A stretch of DNA of 43,808 bases, taken from Octopus bimaculoides. Lineage: Eukaryota. The stretch is from contig NC_069003.1 in assembly GCF_001194135.2 (NCBI RefSeq), positions 35,141,261 to 35,185,068 of the forward strand, given 5' to 3'. The translations under genes were made by a program, and so were the position numbers. The notes under the pieces were generated by a model. That model did no database searches, had not been told where the DNA came from, and worked only from the letters and a program-made list of their open reading frames with translations. Below are positions 1-12,575 of this stretch, piece after piece. Every line of letters starts with the position of its first letter. The stretch's first letter is position 1.

Positions 1-278
1 CAAGAATACATACACACAAGCATACATAGACATGTAAACACACACAGGCTTACATATAAACATGTACAAACACACACACACACAGCCATACATATACACA
101 AGTATACATACACACAGGCATATATAGAGAGATGTACAAACAGGAATACATATAAACATGTAGTTACAGAGTTATACATAGACATGTAGAAATGCACAAA
201 GCCATACATATAGAAAAGTATACATACACACACACACGCATACATGGCATACATATTGTCATGTACACAAAAACTTAC

Positions 279-351
279 AGAGGTTTTCGTCCAAACCCTT
301 GTCCATACATGCAGGTGTATGTGTATGTGTGGTGCATTCGACTAACGCCAT
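279..351 (-). CDS. Candidate first coding exon of an unidentified gene running off the left edge (MALVECTTHTHTPACMDKGLDENL)
   Basis: ctcacag|CG ATG GCG ... CTC T|gtaagt (strong donor, phase 1); a candidate non-coding exon 891-990 and donors at 1580 and 1670 lie upstream on the same strand; no recognisable homology. Confidence 0.4.
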
Positions 352-1101
352 CGCTGTGAGTGTGTATACAGAAGAACAGAACGGGTGAATGTGACAAGAA
401 CCTTCTTTCACAGCCAATATGTGGACAGAAGGAATTGGATATAGGAGACGATGATGGCTCGAAGAACAGCATTACAGACATATGAATAAATTTTACAGCA
501 ACGACAGGAAAAAGAAAAAGAAAACAAAAAGACCTTGCATTATACATGCACCAAATAACCAAATTAACTGTATATTAATTTCCATACATCATGTACACGT
601 TAATATTTACACATTATACACAAATTAACATGTATACATTATACATGCGAATATTATACCCGTCTTCCATCTATCAACTGAAATTCTTCTATAGCTATTT
701 ACAAAACAATCATACCCACCGCTTATACGAAATGCAACTATATAACTGTTCTGTGTGTATATATATATCTTTGGAACTAATGTACCCTCTCTTGTATTAT
801 ATGTATAGACCTGTGTGTATGTAAATGTATGTATAGTGTTGGAAGTTTGTAAAGAGAAGCGAAAAAGGAGACAGGTAAAAAAAAAACTACCTTAAAGTGT
901 TAGAAATAGTGGTAGACGATGAATGTTGGGCCCAGCGTTATCTACCCCCTACCTTAACCCTTATCAGCTCCTTTAGCGGCTGCAGTGAACCTAAGAGGAA
1001 AAAAAAAACGAGCACCTTAACACCCACTTGATCGTTAAAAGGAGGTGGGTACATACACACAGACGGCTGTATAGTTAGAGATGATAAATAGACGTGTGTG
1101 T

Positions 1102-1136
<35 letters not shown>

Positions 1137-3449
1137 CGTATATACAAGCATTTCTCCAAACGAAATTACTGTTTGAAACAGTTCTCAACGAAATATGGTG
1201 TAACAGTAAGAATTAACAGAAGAAAAATTATGTATTAATAATAACGATAATAAAGAAACGATTATTGTTCTCGCAATAACAAGGATGATTTTTAGNNNNN
1301 NNNNNTAAGAATTAACAGAAGAAAAATTATGTATTAATAATAACGATAATAAAGAAACGATTATTGTTCTCGCAATAACAAGGATGATTTTTAGAATCTT
1401 GCTAAATTATTTTAAACAATAACGAAGAAGGGACTTACCAATTAAATATCACACATATATATATATATATATATATATCACTTTGTAAATCCTTAATTAA
1501 ATGACGCCAATGCGTGCAGCAGAAACATTATAAACGACAAAATGATGTGTGTGTGTGTGTGAGAGTAGTTCCACACTCACCGTCGTCATCTCTTCCTCTT
1601 ACTCCTCCCACTCTCAGCCACTACTACTACTACTACTTCTCTTTCGACAGAAACTACTGATTATACTTACGAAACTGAGCGACGGCCCTTTAAGATGCTA
1701 CTACTTCTTTTTCTTCTCCTCTCCCCTACACCCACTACACACTTTCCGTTATACACACACATACATATATATATTTATATATAAAGATATGTATGTATGT
1801 GTTAGTCTGTCTCTCTCTCCCTTTCATCTTCTTCATACAATTGCTTCGTTTCCTCTTTTCTTCCTATACAACTCTTCATTCTTTTTTTCAAAATATTCAA
1901 CCACTTTTCATTTTCTTTCATTCTTCCCCCTCTCTGTACACACACACATAGATATATATGTGTGTGTGTAGTTGGGGGGGGGGGTTAGTTTATTACAGTT
2001 AATTACATTATTACAGTGAAATCATTATTATTTTTTTCATAATTATATTAAATTCTTTGCTAATAACCTTTGCACAAAGAAATATTTGCTATATTTACGA
2101 AATGTATGTATGTATATGTACGTGTGTGTATAAACATATATGGGGGTTATAATTTATGCTTATTACTCACACATTATACATACATACATACGTACATACA
2201 TACATACGTATTGGTTGTTTTATGTATTGTTATTTAACCCTCGGTCAGCCCCGGATCAATCAAATCTGTGATGAAAGGGATTTCAACTGTAAACAACCCG
2301 CTATTTTTGCGAGCTACCTCGGGGCTTCACATATAAGACAATAAGGATATGATTTAAGGAAGACTTGGTTGTTATTTCTAGCAGGTCAGGCGACCACGTC
2401 GAAGCTCCACGTTTAGCTCCAGGTCAGTACTTATTAAATAGACGGTGGTAGGGTCATGGCGTTCCAGGCACGACCCCTACCACCGCCGTCATTTATTCAG
2501 GCATCGTGTATCTAGGAAGGATTACGTTATCCAGTCAAAGTCGAGTGGGATTTAATGAACAGTTGACTGCTATTTCTCGCATTCTGAGCGACCATGCACC
2601 TAGAGGCTCCCATGTCGGTTCGTCCGTCGTTATGTTGTATTAAGGATGGTGTTTATTTTCGCTAGATCTCTCTTCCATCCATCTCTTTCTCTCAAACATG
2701 CCACGCTCTTACAACTACTACTAGGAAACGTCGCCATCATGACCCCTGACCTCTCCTCTCTTTCTCTCTCTCTATGGATGTGTCTCTGTCTGTCTGCCTT
2801 CTCTTTCAGTCTCTCTCTCTCTCTATCTATCTATGTATCATATCTTGCAGTTTTATTTTGCTTCTTATTATTTCTATTTTTTTCTTCAAATTACATGTTT
2901 TTCTTTTTCTTCATTCATTCTGAGTTGTTCTTTTTCGTGCATCTCTCTTTCAAATCCAACGATATTATGTGTGTGTGTGTGTGCGCGCATACATACCTAG
3001 GGGAACACTCTTGTGCACATATACACACACACGTCCATCCGCACACAGCTATAACATACATACATACATACAATCTGTTACTATTGCATTATATCTGGCA
3101 CTACTTCTGTTATTTGATATTTAAATTTATTTCCATTCTTGCTGTAGTTTTTCTCTTCGTCTTTCTCTCTTCTTTACAATCGATCTATTCTTCTCTTTCA
3201 ATTTACATGTCGGCTTTTTCTAACTTCCTTCTTCTATACTTTCTTTCTCTTGGTTACTATTTCTCTCTCTCATTCTTTGTAGCTATATTATAATTTCTTT
3301 ATAGCAATCCACCTGTTCCACTACGACTGACTTTTCTTTCTTTCTTTCTCTCTCTATCTATCTAGCTATTTATCAATGTCTATCAAAGTAACTATCTACA
3401 CTTCGAAAGATGTATCAATCCATTTATCTATCCATGTCTCTATGTACCT

Positions 3450-3455
3450 GTTTAC

Positions 3456-3550
<95 letters not shown>
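3450..3550. repeat. Compound (CTAT)n(AT)n microsatellite within a simple-repeat-rich block (about 2700-4800)
   Basis: Direct reading. Confidence 0.95.
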
Positions 3551-3551
<1 letters not shown>

Positions 3552-6235
3552 GTTCTGTAATCTCTACTCTCTACAACACACCTTTCTACCAACGTGTGCG
3601 CGCGTGTGTGTATATTCACACACTTATATGTATATATATATACAATATCAACTTACCTAGTTACCAACTTATATACCTCTACCCAGCCACCTACTACCTA
3701 GTCATCTTCTTACCTACCTACCTATCTATCTACCCATCCGTCTATCTATCGATCTCGCTATTTTCATTCATTCATGTTGAACACTCCTATATCAATTCAC
3801 ACAGACTTGTAGACATTCTCTTAGTGTCATTCTTATTTCCTGTCACCTATCTCCTCTCTTTACATTGTCACACTATCATTTCCCTCCACACCAACCAATT
3901 AATAATGTGTTTGGAGAAGCGAGCATGTGAAACATCACAAGATCTCCTCCCTCCACTATTTTCACCGACATACATACTTCCCTATATCTCTCTCTTTACT
4001 TTTTCTATCTATGAGTCTCCATATCTATCTATGTCTGTCTGTCTATTTATCTATCTATCTACCTACCCCTCTAACTACTCAGCTTTCTCTCTTTCTGTCT
4101 CTCTATCTACCCAACTTTCTCCCTCTCTCTCTCTTTACTTATCTATCTACCCAACTGTCTCTCTCTCTCTCCTTCTCTCTCTTTACTTATCTATCTACCC
4201 AACTGTCTCTCTCTCTCTTTATCCACACNNNNNNNNNNCTCTCTCTCTCCTTCTCTCTCTTTACTTATCTATCTACCCAACTGTCTCTCTCTCTCTTTAT
4301 CCACACGTTCCTCTATATTTCGTCCTTCTAAGTCTCTTTCACTTCTCTGTCTCTATGTGTGCATCCATGAGTGTATATAGATATATACCTGTGTACATGC
4401 GTGTATCAATGTGTAACCTGGATGAGTGTAGATACGTGTGTGTGTATGTATATACATCTTTTACTTGTTTCAGTCATTAGATTACGGTCATGTTCTCTCT
4501 TCCTCCCTCTCTCTTACCTCTCCCATATCTATATTTCCCCCATCTCTTCTGCCTCTCTATCAACCCTGCCTTTCTTTTGTCCCTCCCTATCTTTCTCTTA
4601 ATTCTTTACTTCCACATTTCATTATCTCACTTTCTCTCTAACAGCTCCTACTCCTACTACTCTCATTCCTCTCTCTCTCTCACTCTTTCCCTCTCTTTAT
4701 CTTCTATTCTCTCCTATCAACTATTCTTTCCTCTTTTTTGCAAAGCCTTCCTTTTTCTCCTTCCTCACACCTTTCTTCCAAACCCCTTCTTCTTAGTCAT
4801 CCACTCTCTCTCTCATCGTGTCCAGTTCAACCCATCTCCTACACACACGCATTATGTCAGTGTAGATGTACCTCCTGTCATTTCATACCTTGTTGTTATG
4901 TAGTTCTAGGAATGCACAGGATTTGGGCATAGGTGTTGCTGTGTGGTAAGTAGCTTGCTTACCAACCACATGGTTCTGGGTTCAGTCCCATTGTGTCAAA
5001 GCGATTGCAGAGCAACATGAGATGAAGTGGTCTGCTCAAGAACACAATACACCACCCGGCCTAAGAATTGAGATCGCAATCGCTAGATTATGAGTGCAAT
5101 ACTCTTACCGCTAAGCCACTTTCTCCAGACTCACCAATTAAAAAAAGAAAGCTAAGAATAGTGAGATACACTGAAGTCAGTCTTCTGCATGAATACCCCC
5201 AACAGAAGTTGTGTCAGATGGTAAAAGAACTGGTACAGACACAGTGTGTGGTTCACTTTGTAACCGCATGGTCTCAGGTTCAGTCCCACAGTATGGTACC
5301 TTGAACAAGCCCCTTAGCTTCCGGTTGACCAAAATCTTGTAAATGAAATTTGGAAACCCATTAAAGAACTGTCTCTGTGTTGAAGGTGTTGTTTTATGTT
5401 CAAATTGGCCAGATCTGGCCTGTCACACCCTGCAATGTCATTCTAAAAATAAACTATCACATCTTTGAATTTTAATAGCTACAAGATCAAACGCATGATT
5501 AATTCAAAACAATGTGAATAAATTAGGGTTTCATTTGACAGAGTAATCTGAATGTTAAAGGGTTGATTCACTACCCTGTTTGACACCCGCATTTGGTCTA
5601 TGGGTACCTTCAGAAAAGTCCACACTGCTGAAAGCATCCTGGATCAGTCTTCGGTTTGAGGATAGCTTCTTCAAAGGCCTTTCTCTCTTTGGACTAAGTC
5701 CTCAAAAGCTAAAATAAAAGACACATCCACAACCGTTCTGTTTTTTCACTGCAACAAGGGGTCATTACAAGCCATCGAACAACAAATAGGAGCCTTTGGC
5801 GGCATTTGAACTCAGAACATGAAGACAGACAAAATGCTACTGAGCATTTCACCCAGCATGCTAACAATTCTGCCAGCTTTCCACCTTAATAATAATAATA
5901 ATGATAATAATTATAAATATAATAATAATAATAATAGCGCTTTCGTTGTTTTCAATGACTAAGAGTGTGAACATGAGATTTCCTGTCCCCTCCCATCGAC
6001 CCACCCACACACACATACAAATACAAACAGGAGAATGTTCCTTCGTTTCCTCTTCACCGTTCTTTCTCCGTCAGATGCTCAACCGACTCCCACTTTAATC
6101 TCCGTCTTTCCTCTTTTCACCCACTTCAATTTCCTGTTTCCTTAAAGCATCCATTGTTCGAATCTTTCAAATAAATAAATATAAAACAGCAACAACAACA
6201 AAAAAAAACAAAGTAACCATCACATGTAATAATAA

Positions 6236-6426
6236 TCCTTTCTACTGGAGGCACAAGGCCTCACGTTTGGGTGGCAGGGGACTAGTTGATTATTTAATCT
6301 ATCGACCCCAAAAGGATGAAAGGGAAGCTGACCTCGGTGGAATTTGAACTCAGAACATAGTGACAGGTGAAATACCACTTAGCATTTCACCTGGCGTGCT
6401 AACGATTCTGCAAGCTCACCGCCTTA
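6236..6426 (-). mobile_element. SINE family A copy (another at about 5757-5887)
   Basis: Shared head/B-box sequence. Confidence 0.85.
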
Positions 6427-6434
6427 ATAACAAA

Positions 6435-6672
6435 TCATTATTTACATTTGACGGATATTTGTCCTCATCTTGTTTGTAGTTAACGTTTCGGCTGATATAC
6501 CCTGCAGCCTTCGTCAGGTGTTTTGGGGAAATTTCGAACCTGGGTTCTCATTCCTAAGGTATTTTTCGATGTTGTTGTTGTTATTATTATTATTATTCAG
6601 GTCACTGCCTGGAATTGAACTCGGAATCTTGAGGTTAGTAGCCCACACTCTTAACCACTACGCCATATGCCC
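6435..6672 (-). mobile_element. tRNA-headed SINE with Penelope-type hammerhead-like tail
   Basis: A box TGGCGTAGTGG (6665-6655), B box GAGTTCAATTCC (6622-6611), (AAT)n linker, then CTGACGA-A-GGCTG..CAGCC-GAAAC-GTT (6517-6482). Confidence 0.75.
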
Positions 6673-6712
6673 CTGGGTTTGATTCCAGGCAGTGATCGGA
6701 ATAATAATAATA

Positions 6713-6978
6713 GTCATAAAAGGTGGTTGGTGTCCAAGATCATTACCTACCTGGGCATTTCTACTTTCAAATGACTTCATATGGTCCATGTGTCCTGCTT
6801 TTGACAATAGAACCCAATCATACATAATACCTATCCAATATTCATTGTTGATTTCAGTTCCAATTGTTCCTTTGTGACAGGAGGCCCTTTTAAGCTCAGA
6901 GTGCTGAATTATCTTTTCCTTTTTAGGGGTTGCAACCACTCCTAACAGCACCTCTCCATTTGTACCAATCTAGAACAT
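6713..6978 (-). mobile_element. Second, 5'- and 3'-truncated copy of the RTE-like fragment
   Basis: Reverse complement of 41379-41643 with high identity by eye; ORF-track peptides are nearly identical. Confidence 0.85.
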
Positions 6979-8130
6979 CAATTTCTCACTCACTTTTGTT
7001 CTTGTTTAGTTTCTTCCAAGAGCTTAAAATGCATGTAATAACATTGTTAAGTAATTCATTCATTAATTAGTCCTACAAGCAAACTAGAAGCCAGTCAAGT
7101 GAAATCTGCATTTTTCTGTCCACAGAGAGGTAAAGACTTCAAATGAAGACCATTTTCACTTTCCACAGCAAGTCTAAAATTGTATGCCTATCAAACACAT
7201 CTCATATTATAGTTAAATCTAGCCCCATCCCTCATCAAAAATTCGCTGTCATTAGTGCATTGCTATTTAATTAATTAACTGCTTTGTCAGTGCATGTACT
7301 GTGATGCAAATTAGATGAGTCAGTGGATCAGTTTAGTTATGTATGAAGTGGCATACACTATAAATAGCTATAAGCTAATAATCTTTATTCAGCCTCCCTC
7401 CCCCGGTTTCATCGGTTGTGGTTGGCGAGGAGGAATAAGCTGAGATGTCTGATTAATGCAGATTAGGATATCTTATGAGGTGCAAATGGCCAAGAGGATT
7501 AGCTACTGAAGTGTGGAGTTCATTAACAAACACCTCTTGTTGCACACACGAATATACATGCACACACACACACACACACAGATACACACATTCATACATA
7601 TATGTATGTACTCATTTGCACTCACACACAGAAACACTCATTGATATTCAAGTACATATCATGAATGAGTGAGTGATTCGGTTACAAGTTCACATTCTGA
7701 TCTAGGAATCGTATTGCAATTTTAGGAAATATAGGGTTACTCAACTTGACCTTGACTTAGCGAGAAGATAGACGATGACGCTAGGAAGATTACAAAGGCG
7801 GCAGCAGCAGTTGAAACATAATGGTAAGGACAAATAAAAATGACAATCATGATGATGGTGGTAATGATGACAAAAGGTGTAGTGTTGAGGATTATGATGA
7901 CAATGATGATGATGATATTCATGAGAGCGGTGGTGGGATCAATTGTTCCCAGTATGATGCTCAACAAATTTTGCCAACTGAGCTCTAGCCTTTTTACTTA
8001 ATAAAAATAAGTAAGATTAAGAGCGGGAGGAAGGGAAATGGAAAAGAAAAACATTTTTGATACAAGGGAAATAACACAGCCAGGGAAGATAACTACATGC
8101 GACAGACTTTAAAACTAAAAAATTATATAT

Positions 8131-8357
8131 TCAGGGCGCGGTGAATAAATTGTCTAAATTTTGCAAAAGTGGAAATAACACTGACATCTCAATATCTTGA
8201 AATACTAAAGAATAAATTTATTCCATTAAATCGCCATTGGCTTCAACCACGGCCTCCAGATGACTTTGGTATCTCCTGCAGCTTTTATGGAAGGTCCCCT
8301 TGTTTGGTGAATGCTGCCATAATCCTTGCCTTCAGCTCATCTTTGGTGTTACCTTCT
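8131..8357 (-). mobile_element. Tc1/mariner (maT-like) 3' relic with TIR
   Basis: Minus translation NTKDELKARIMAAFT/KGTFHKSCRRYQSHLEAVVEANGDLME* then TIR CAGGGCGCGGTGAATAAATTGTC; a related TIR lies at 37280-37302. Confidence 0.8.
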
Positions 8358-9250
8358 ACTATAGCCTTGGGCCAACCAAAATCTTGAGTGGATTTGGTAG
8401 ACAAAAACCGAGTGAAAGCCCATTAAATATACTTTTGTTTTTGTTACATACAACTCCTACTCCTGTGTTGGTTTGTTTACATCCCCATAACTTTGCAGTA
8501 TAAGTACCGGATTTTATAAGAAAAAAAAATAATAAATGCTGGCGATTTTTTTATGCCTAAAACTCTTCAAGATCATGCCCCAGTTCAAAGATTGAAACAA
8601 GTAACAGATAAATAGAAGATTCTGGTTTCGATTCCTGGATTGTATTCTTGAGCAATACTCTTCATTTCACATTGCTCCAGTTCATTCAGCTGGAAAATCC
8701 TGTGCTGGTCTGGCTTCCTATCCAGGGTCAATATAAACCCCACAGAAACCAGTCTTAACAAGTCTATATGACTAGGGATGGAGCTTTAACCTACACCATT
8801 TCTGAATGAAGATATCTGCTGGCATCTTCTGTCAATGATTCATCAACCCTGGGAGAACAGAAATAAGAAAACAATCTCTTATTTGAAAAACTACTATGGG
8901 TTCGCAATAGACAGAGCTACTGGCTGCAAATATCTGGCTCACTGAGATACCCGCTTCAGTGAGCATGGGAAAAACATGCTAAATGAGCTAAATATATATA
9001 TGTGGATATATAACAGGAAAAAAAAAAAAAATGCAACAAGAAATATGCTGAAAGTGGTTTTAATTTTAAGGTTGTATGTATTTATTTGAAAATTTGTGTT
9101 TTAAAATATAATCAGCAACAAGTTGTCACAGAAATAATAGAATTTTCAAGAAATAGAAATCTGAAGTTGAAGATCAATGGAATGGTTTAGCTTTGGTTAT
9201 TTCAGGAAAAACAATTTATATTCAAGATATACAGGTGCATGTGTGTATAT

Positions 9251-9306
<56 letters not shown>

Positions 9307-11113
9307 TACATACATACATACATACATACACACACACACAATTTCAAAAAGTAAAAAAATGTAAACATACATTAAAGTATCAAATTCTCCTGGATTTAAT
9401 TGATGTATATCAGTGTAATAATATATGTGATACTATAAAGTCTGTACATTTTCTCAGAAATATAGAATTGCAAAAGAAAAAAAACAAACAGAAAACTGAA
9501 AAAGAAAATTAAAATGACAATACACAAAGGAAAATATAGAAAAAAAAAAAACTCAACAAACGATTCTATCCTAAATACATTTTGATATCCCTGTTTTATT
9601 ATCAAATTTTATTTCTTTCTTTAATTTCAAAACTTCAAATTAAAAAAAAATATATATATATATTTGATAAATCATAAAAAAATAATGATTTTTATTTGAA
9701 CAGGCAGAAGATTAAAGTTTTGTAAAGAAAAGTGTTGTTGTGTGCAGCTGGGTTTAGTAATCATAAAAATGATAATAATTTGTATTTTGCTGCTGCCCCT
9801 CAATCTATCTCAAGTACTGAAGGTGGAAACAGAGTTAAGTTTGCATGTTATACTTTATGAGCTTTAAATACAAGCAAAGCTCCGAACTGTCTGCAGCACA
9901 ACCACTTCCCAGGTGATTTTCAAAGAATAATAATCATAAGCAAGTTAAAGTTCTTCATAAAACAACAAAAATAAAAATCTTTAGTAGTGACGGGTTTATT
10001 GTTAAAAGATAAGGCAACATTACAAGCTAGTCAAACAAGAGAATATTTTTTAGAGAGAGAGAGAGAGGTTACAAGAGAATTTATTGCTAGAGAGAGAGAG
10101 AGAGAGAGAGAGAGGCATTACAGGTGATTTTATTGCTAAAGAGAGATGTTACAAGTGATTTGATTGAGAAAGGTGAGATTACAAGTGATTTTATTGAGAA
10201 AGGTTAACATTGCTAAAGTAAGTTGGCAAACTATTTTGTATTTCTATTTTCAAGACATTTTAATGTGTAAATAATTGCAATCATCTTCATGCATTATACT
10301 TCACCACCACAAGTCAGTTAAGACTGATCCTACCTGATAATCTAAACTTAAAAACCCTGGTTGTTTCCCTGAATAGAAAGGCGTAAAGGATGGAATTTAC
10401 GATGCAGCTATGCTAATAACGATGATGATGCTTTAGGATTTCAGCATCATAAGGCCAGCAATTCTGAAGGGCGAGTGAAGTTAGTCGTTAACTGGTATTA
10501 TATTTTATTGACCTTGGAGGGGGTGGAAGGTAAAGTAGACCTCGGCAGGATTTGAACTGCAAATGTAAAGAATAGGAACAAACAAATAATTTTCTCCATT
10601 ACTTGGACAATATTGTCAGCTTGCCTCTCTCTCCGATAGCAGTAAGAGAGTAAGAACTTAAATGGAATCTATTTATTGACCCTATAAAGACGGAAGGTGA
10701 AATCCACCTTGGTGAAATTCAAAGACAAAGTCAATAGTTAGGGATGAGAGAAAGGAAGTCCTCTGACCCCACCACATATAAGGATACATTAAAAAATTGC
10801 TCCTAATTCTTTACTTGAAATGGTGAATGGAGTGAATCTTGATATTAGGAATATAGGTGTGTNNNNNNNNNNNNNNNNNNNNNNNNNNNNNNNNNNNNNN
10901 NNNNNNNNNNNNNNNNNNNNNNNNNNNNNNNNNNNNNNNNNNNNNNNNNNNNNNNNNNNNNNNNNNNNNNNNNNNNNNNNNNNNNNNNNNNNNNNNNNNN
11001 NNNNNNNNNNNNNNNNNNNNNNNNNNNNNNNNGCTAGGGTCAGAAAGAGATTGGCAATAGTAATTAAGTCAAGTAATTGATTGAAAAAGAGAAAGAATAA
11101 GTGGTAAAAAAAA

Positions 11114-11530
11114 TATGAGGGGTGGGTGCTGAGAAGTTCCTGGCTCTAAGGGTATTGCAAAAGGGGTAGAGCTGTTACCTTTACAAGGATGGTAAGACAA
11201 CTATTTAGGAGAAGATATGCAAAAAAATACCATGATAGTATACAATGTGTCTTTCTGTTTTTTGCAGGTTTAATGCATGATGGCAGCTCCTACAATGGAT
11301 TTTGATAAGATTGAAGCAGGGGGCATCATGAAGTTCCTCTTTTTGCAAGAAAAAGGAACAGCAGAAATCCATGGCAAGAGGAAGGAAGTCTTGAAGGATT
11401 GCTGCCCATCTCATTCCACAGTGAAAATCCGGGTGTTGAGGTTATGGACTGGTCATTTCGAGGTCACAGATGAACCCCGGCCAGGACGGCCAACTTCCAC
11501 AACCACTAAGGACAAAGCTCGATTTCAGGT
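11114..11530 (+). mobile_element. Mariner transposon 5' relic (TIR plus transposase N-terminal HTH)
   Basis: TA-TGAGGGGTGGGTGCTGAGAAGTTCCTGGCT TIR-like end; ORF 11277-11543 KIEAGGIMKFLFLQEK..EIH..PSHSTVK...DEPRPGRP. Confidence 0.85.
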
Positions 11531-12434
11531 TAGTTGTACATGAGAGAAACATAAATGGTGGACGAGGAAAAGGTGTAGCACCAAGAAGAGTTAGAAGTTG
11601 TGAAGAATGTGTGGACATTTGATGGTACCAAGATGTAGCAAAAAAACCCAGAAATCATTGGATTGATGCTCAATAACATTAATCTGACATAATGACCCAA
11701 AATATCTGAAGCCTGTATCTGCTGTCTAACTGGGGGGGTTAGAGTAAATAAAGGCCAAAAGGATGGGGAAAGCAAAAGTAAAAAAGCTAACTGTGCCTTG
11801 ACATTTTTATTTCATTGATATTATTATATGCTAAATAATATCTGTATGTTGAAAATATACAATATTGAACCAGACATAAAAATGCAGAATCTAAACATAT
11901 ATGGAGATAGGTTTTGGTCTTATTCTGATCTCATCAGTAAAGCACAGTCAGCTGAAGATATTATGTAAGATTCCCTCAGTAAATATACATAAAAGATTAC
12001 ATTTGTTGGTAGAAGAAAATGGAATATTTTCAAGATTAAATTATTGAAATTATTTAAAAGGAAATAGTTAATGGCTAATATATTCTATTGCAGCATATCG
12101 AATCCTAATTAATTTTTCATTTTAATATCACATGAATTATTAGATATTAAAAAAACTAACTTGGCTATTGTTTTCCATGCATAATTTTCAACTTTAGTGA
12201 AGAGAGAGAAAAGACAAATTGCATCATCTAAAAGCTGAGAAAATCAGATTTTAGGGAACTGGAAATGTTATGGACTAAGGTATTTGAATGACTGCTTGAA
12301 GTGAATACACTTTCTCTCCCGTTACAGAAGGTAAAAAAAAAACCAGGAAAAAGGTAAAAAAAAATAAACAAGAAAGAAAACTGTATATATGTATATATAC
12401 GTGTGTATATTATGTATGTGTGCGTGTGTGGCCC

Positions 12435-12575
12435 TTAATCTTCCTTGATGTCATCTAAAAATTTACCAACTTCTTCCGACTCAAGAGCTAACCACCGGGC
12501 ATTCAGTCTGATATTTTCACAGGACTGCTGAATGTTACGGGTTGCAGAAGCAGCTGGGTGGGCTGCAAAGAATTC
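12435..12575 (-). CDS. NPEPPS: NPEPPS terminal coding exon 21 (EFFAAHP...[14 protein letters not shown]...IKED*)
   Basis: ttccag|GAA; TAA at 12435-12437. Confidence 0.94.
   Translation of the reverse strand, partial: EFFAAHPAASATRNIQQSCENIRLNARWLALESEEVGKFLDDIKED

Noticed and set aside
1207-1394. Exact 89-nt direct repeat (1207-1295 / 1306-1394)
   Set aside because: It flanks a 10-N gap exactly; typical unmerged contig overlap, so an assembly artefact.
4160-4306. About 68-nt direct repeat either side of Ns
   Set aside because: Same gap-overlap artefact, inside simple repeats.
1549-4903. Long plus-strand ORFs (140, 215, 356, 137 aa)
   Set aside because: Translations of CT/AT/CTAT microsatellites on a stop-poor strand; no domain or splice support.
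6598-6672. Possible tRNA gene (also 33075-33135)
   Set aside because: Acceptor and anticodon stems do not pair, there is no oligo-T terminator, and it continues into a repeat body: SINE heads.
11277-11543. Possible domesticated mariner-derived gene
   Set aside because: Only a degraded N-terminal HTH next to a TIR; conserved W/F residues are lost and there is no catalytic domain or splice support.
11905-11940. Hammerhead-like CTGATGA-GATC..GACC-AAAAC on the minus strand downstream of the NPEPPS stop
   Set aside because: Stem II mismatch, G12 missing and no stem I pairing; indistinguishable from chance.
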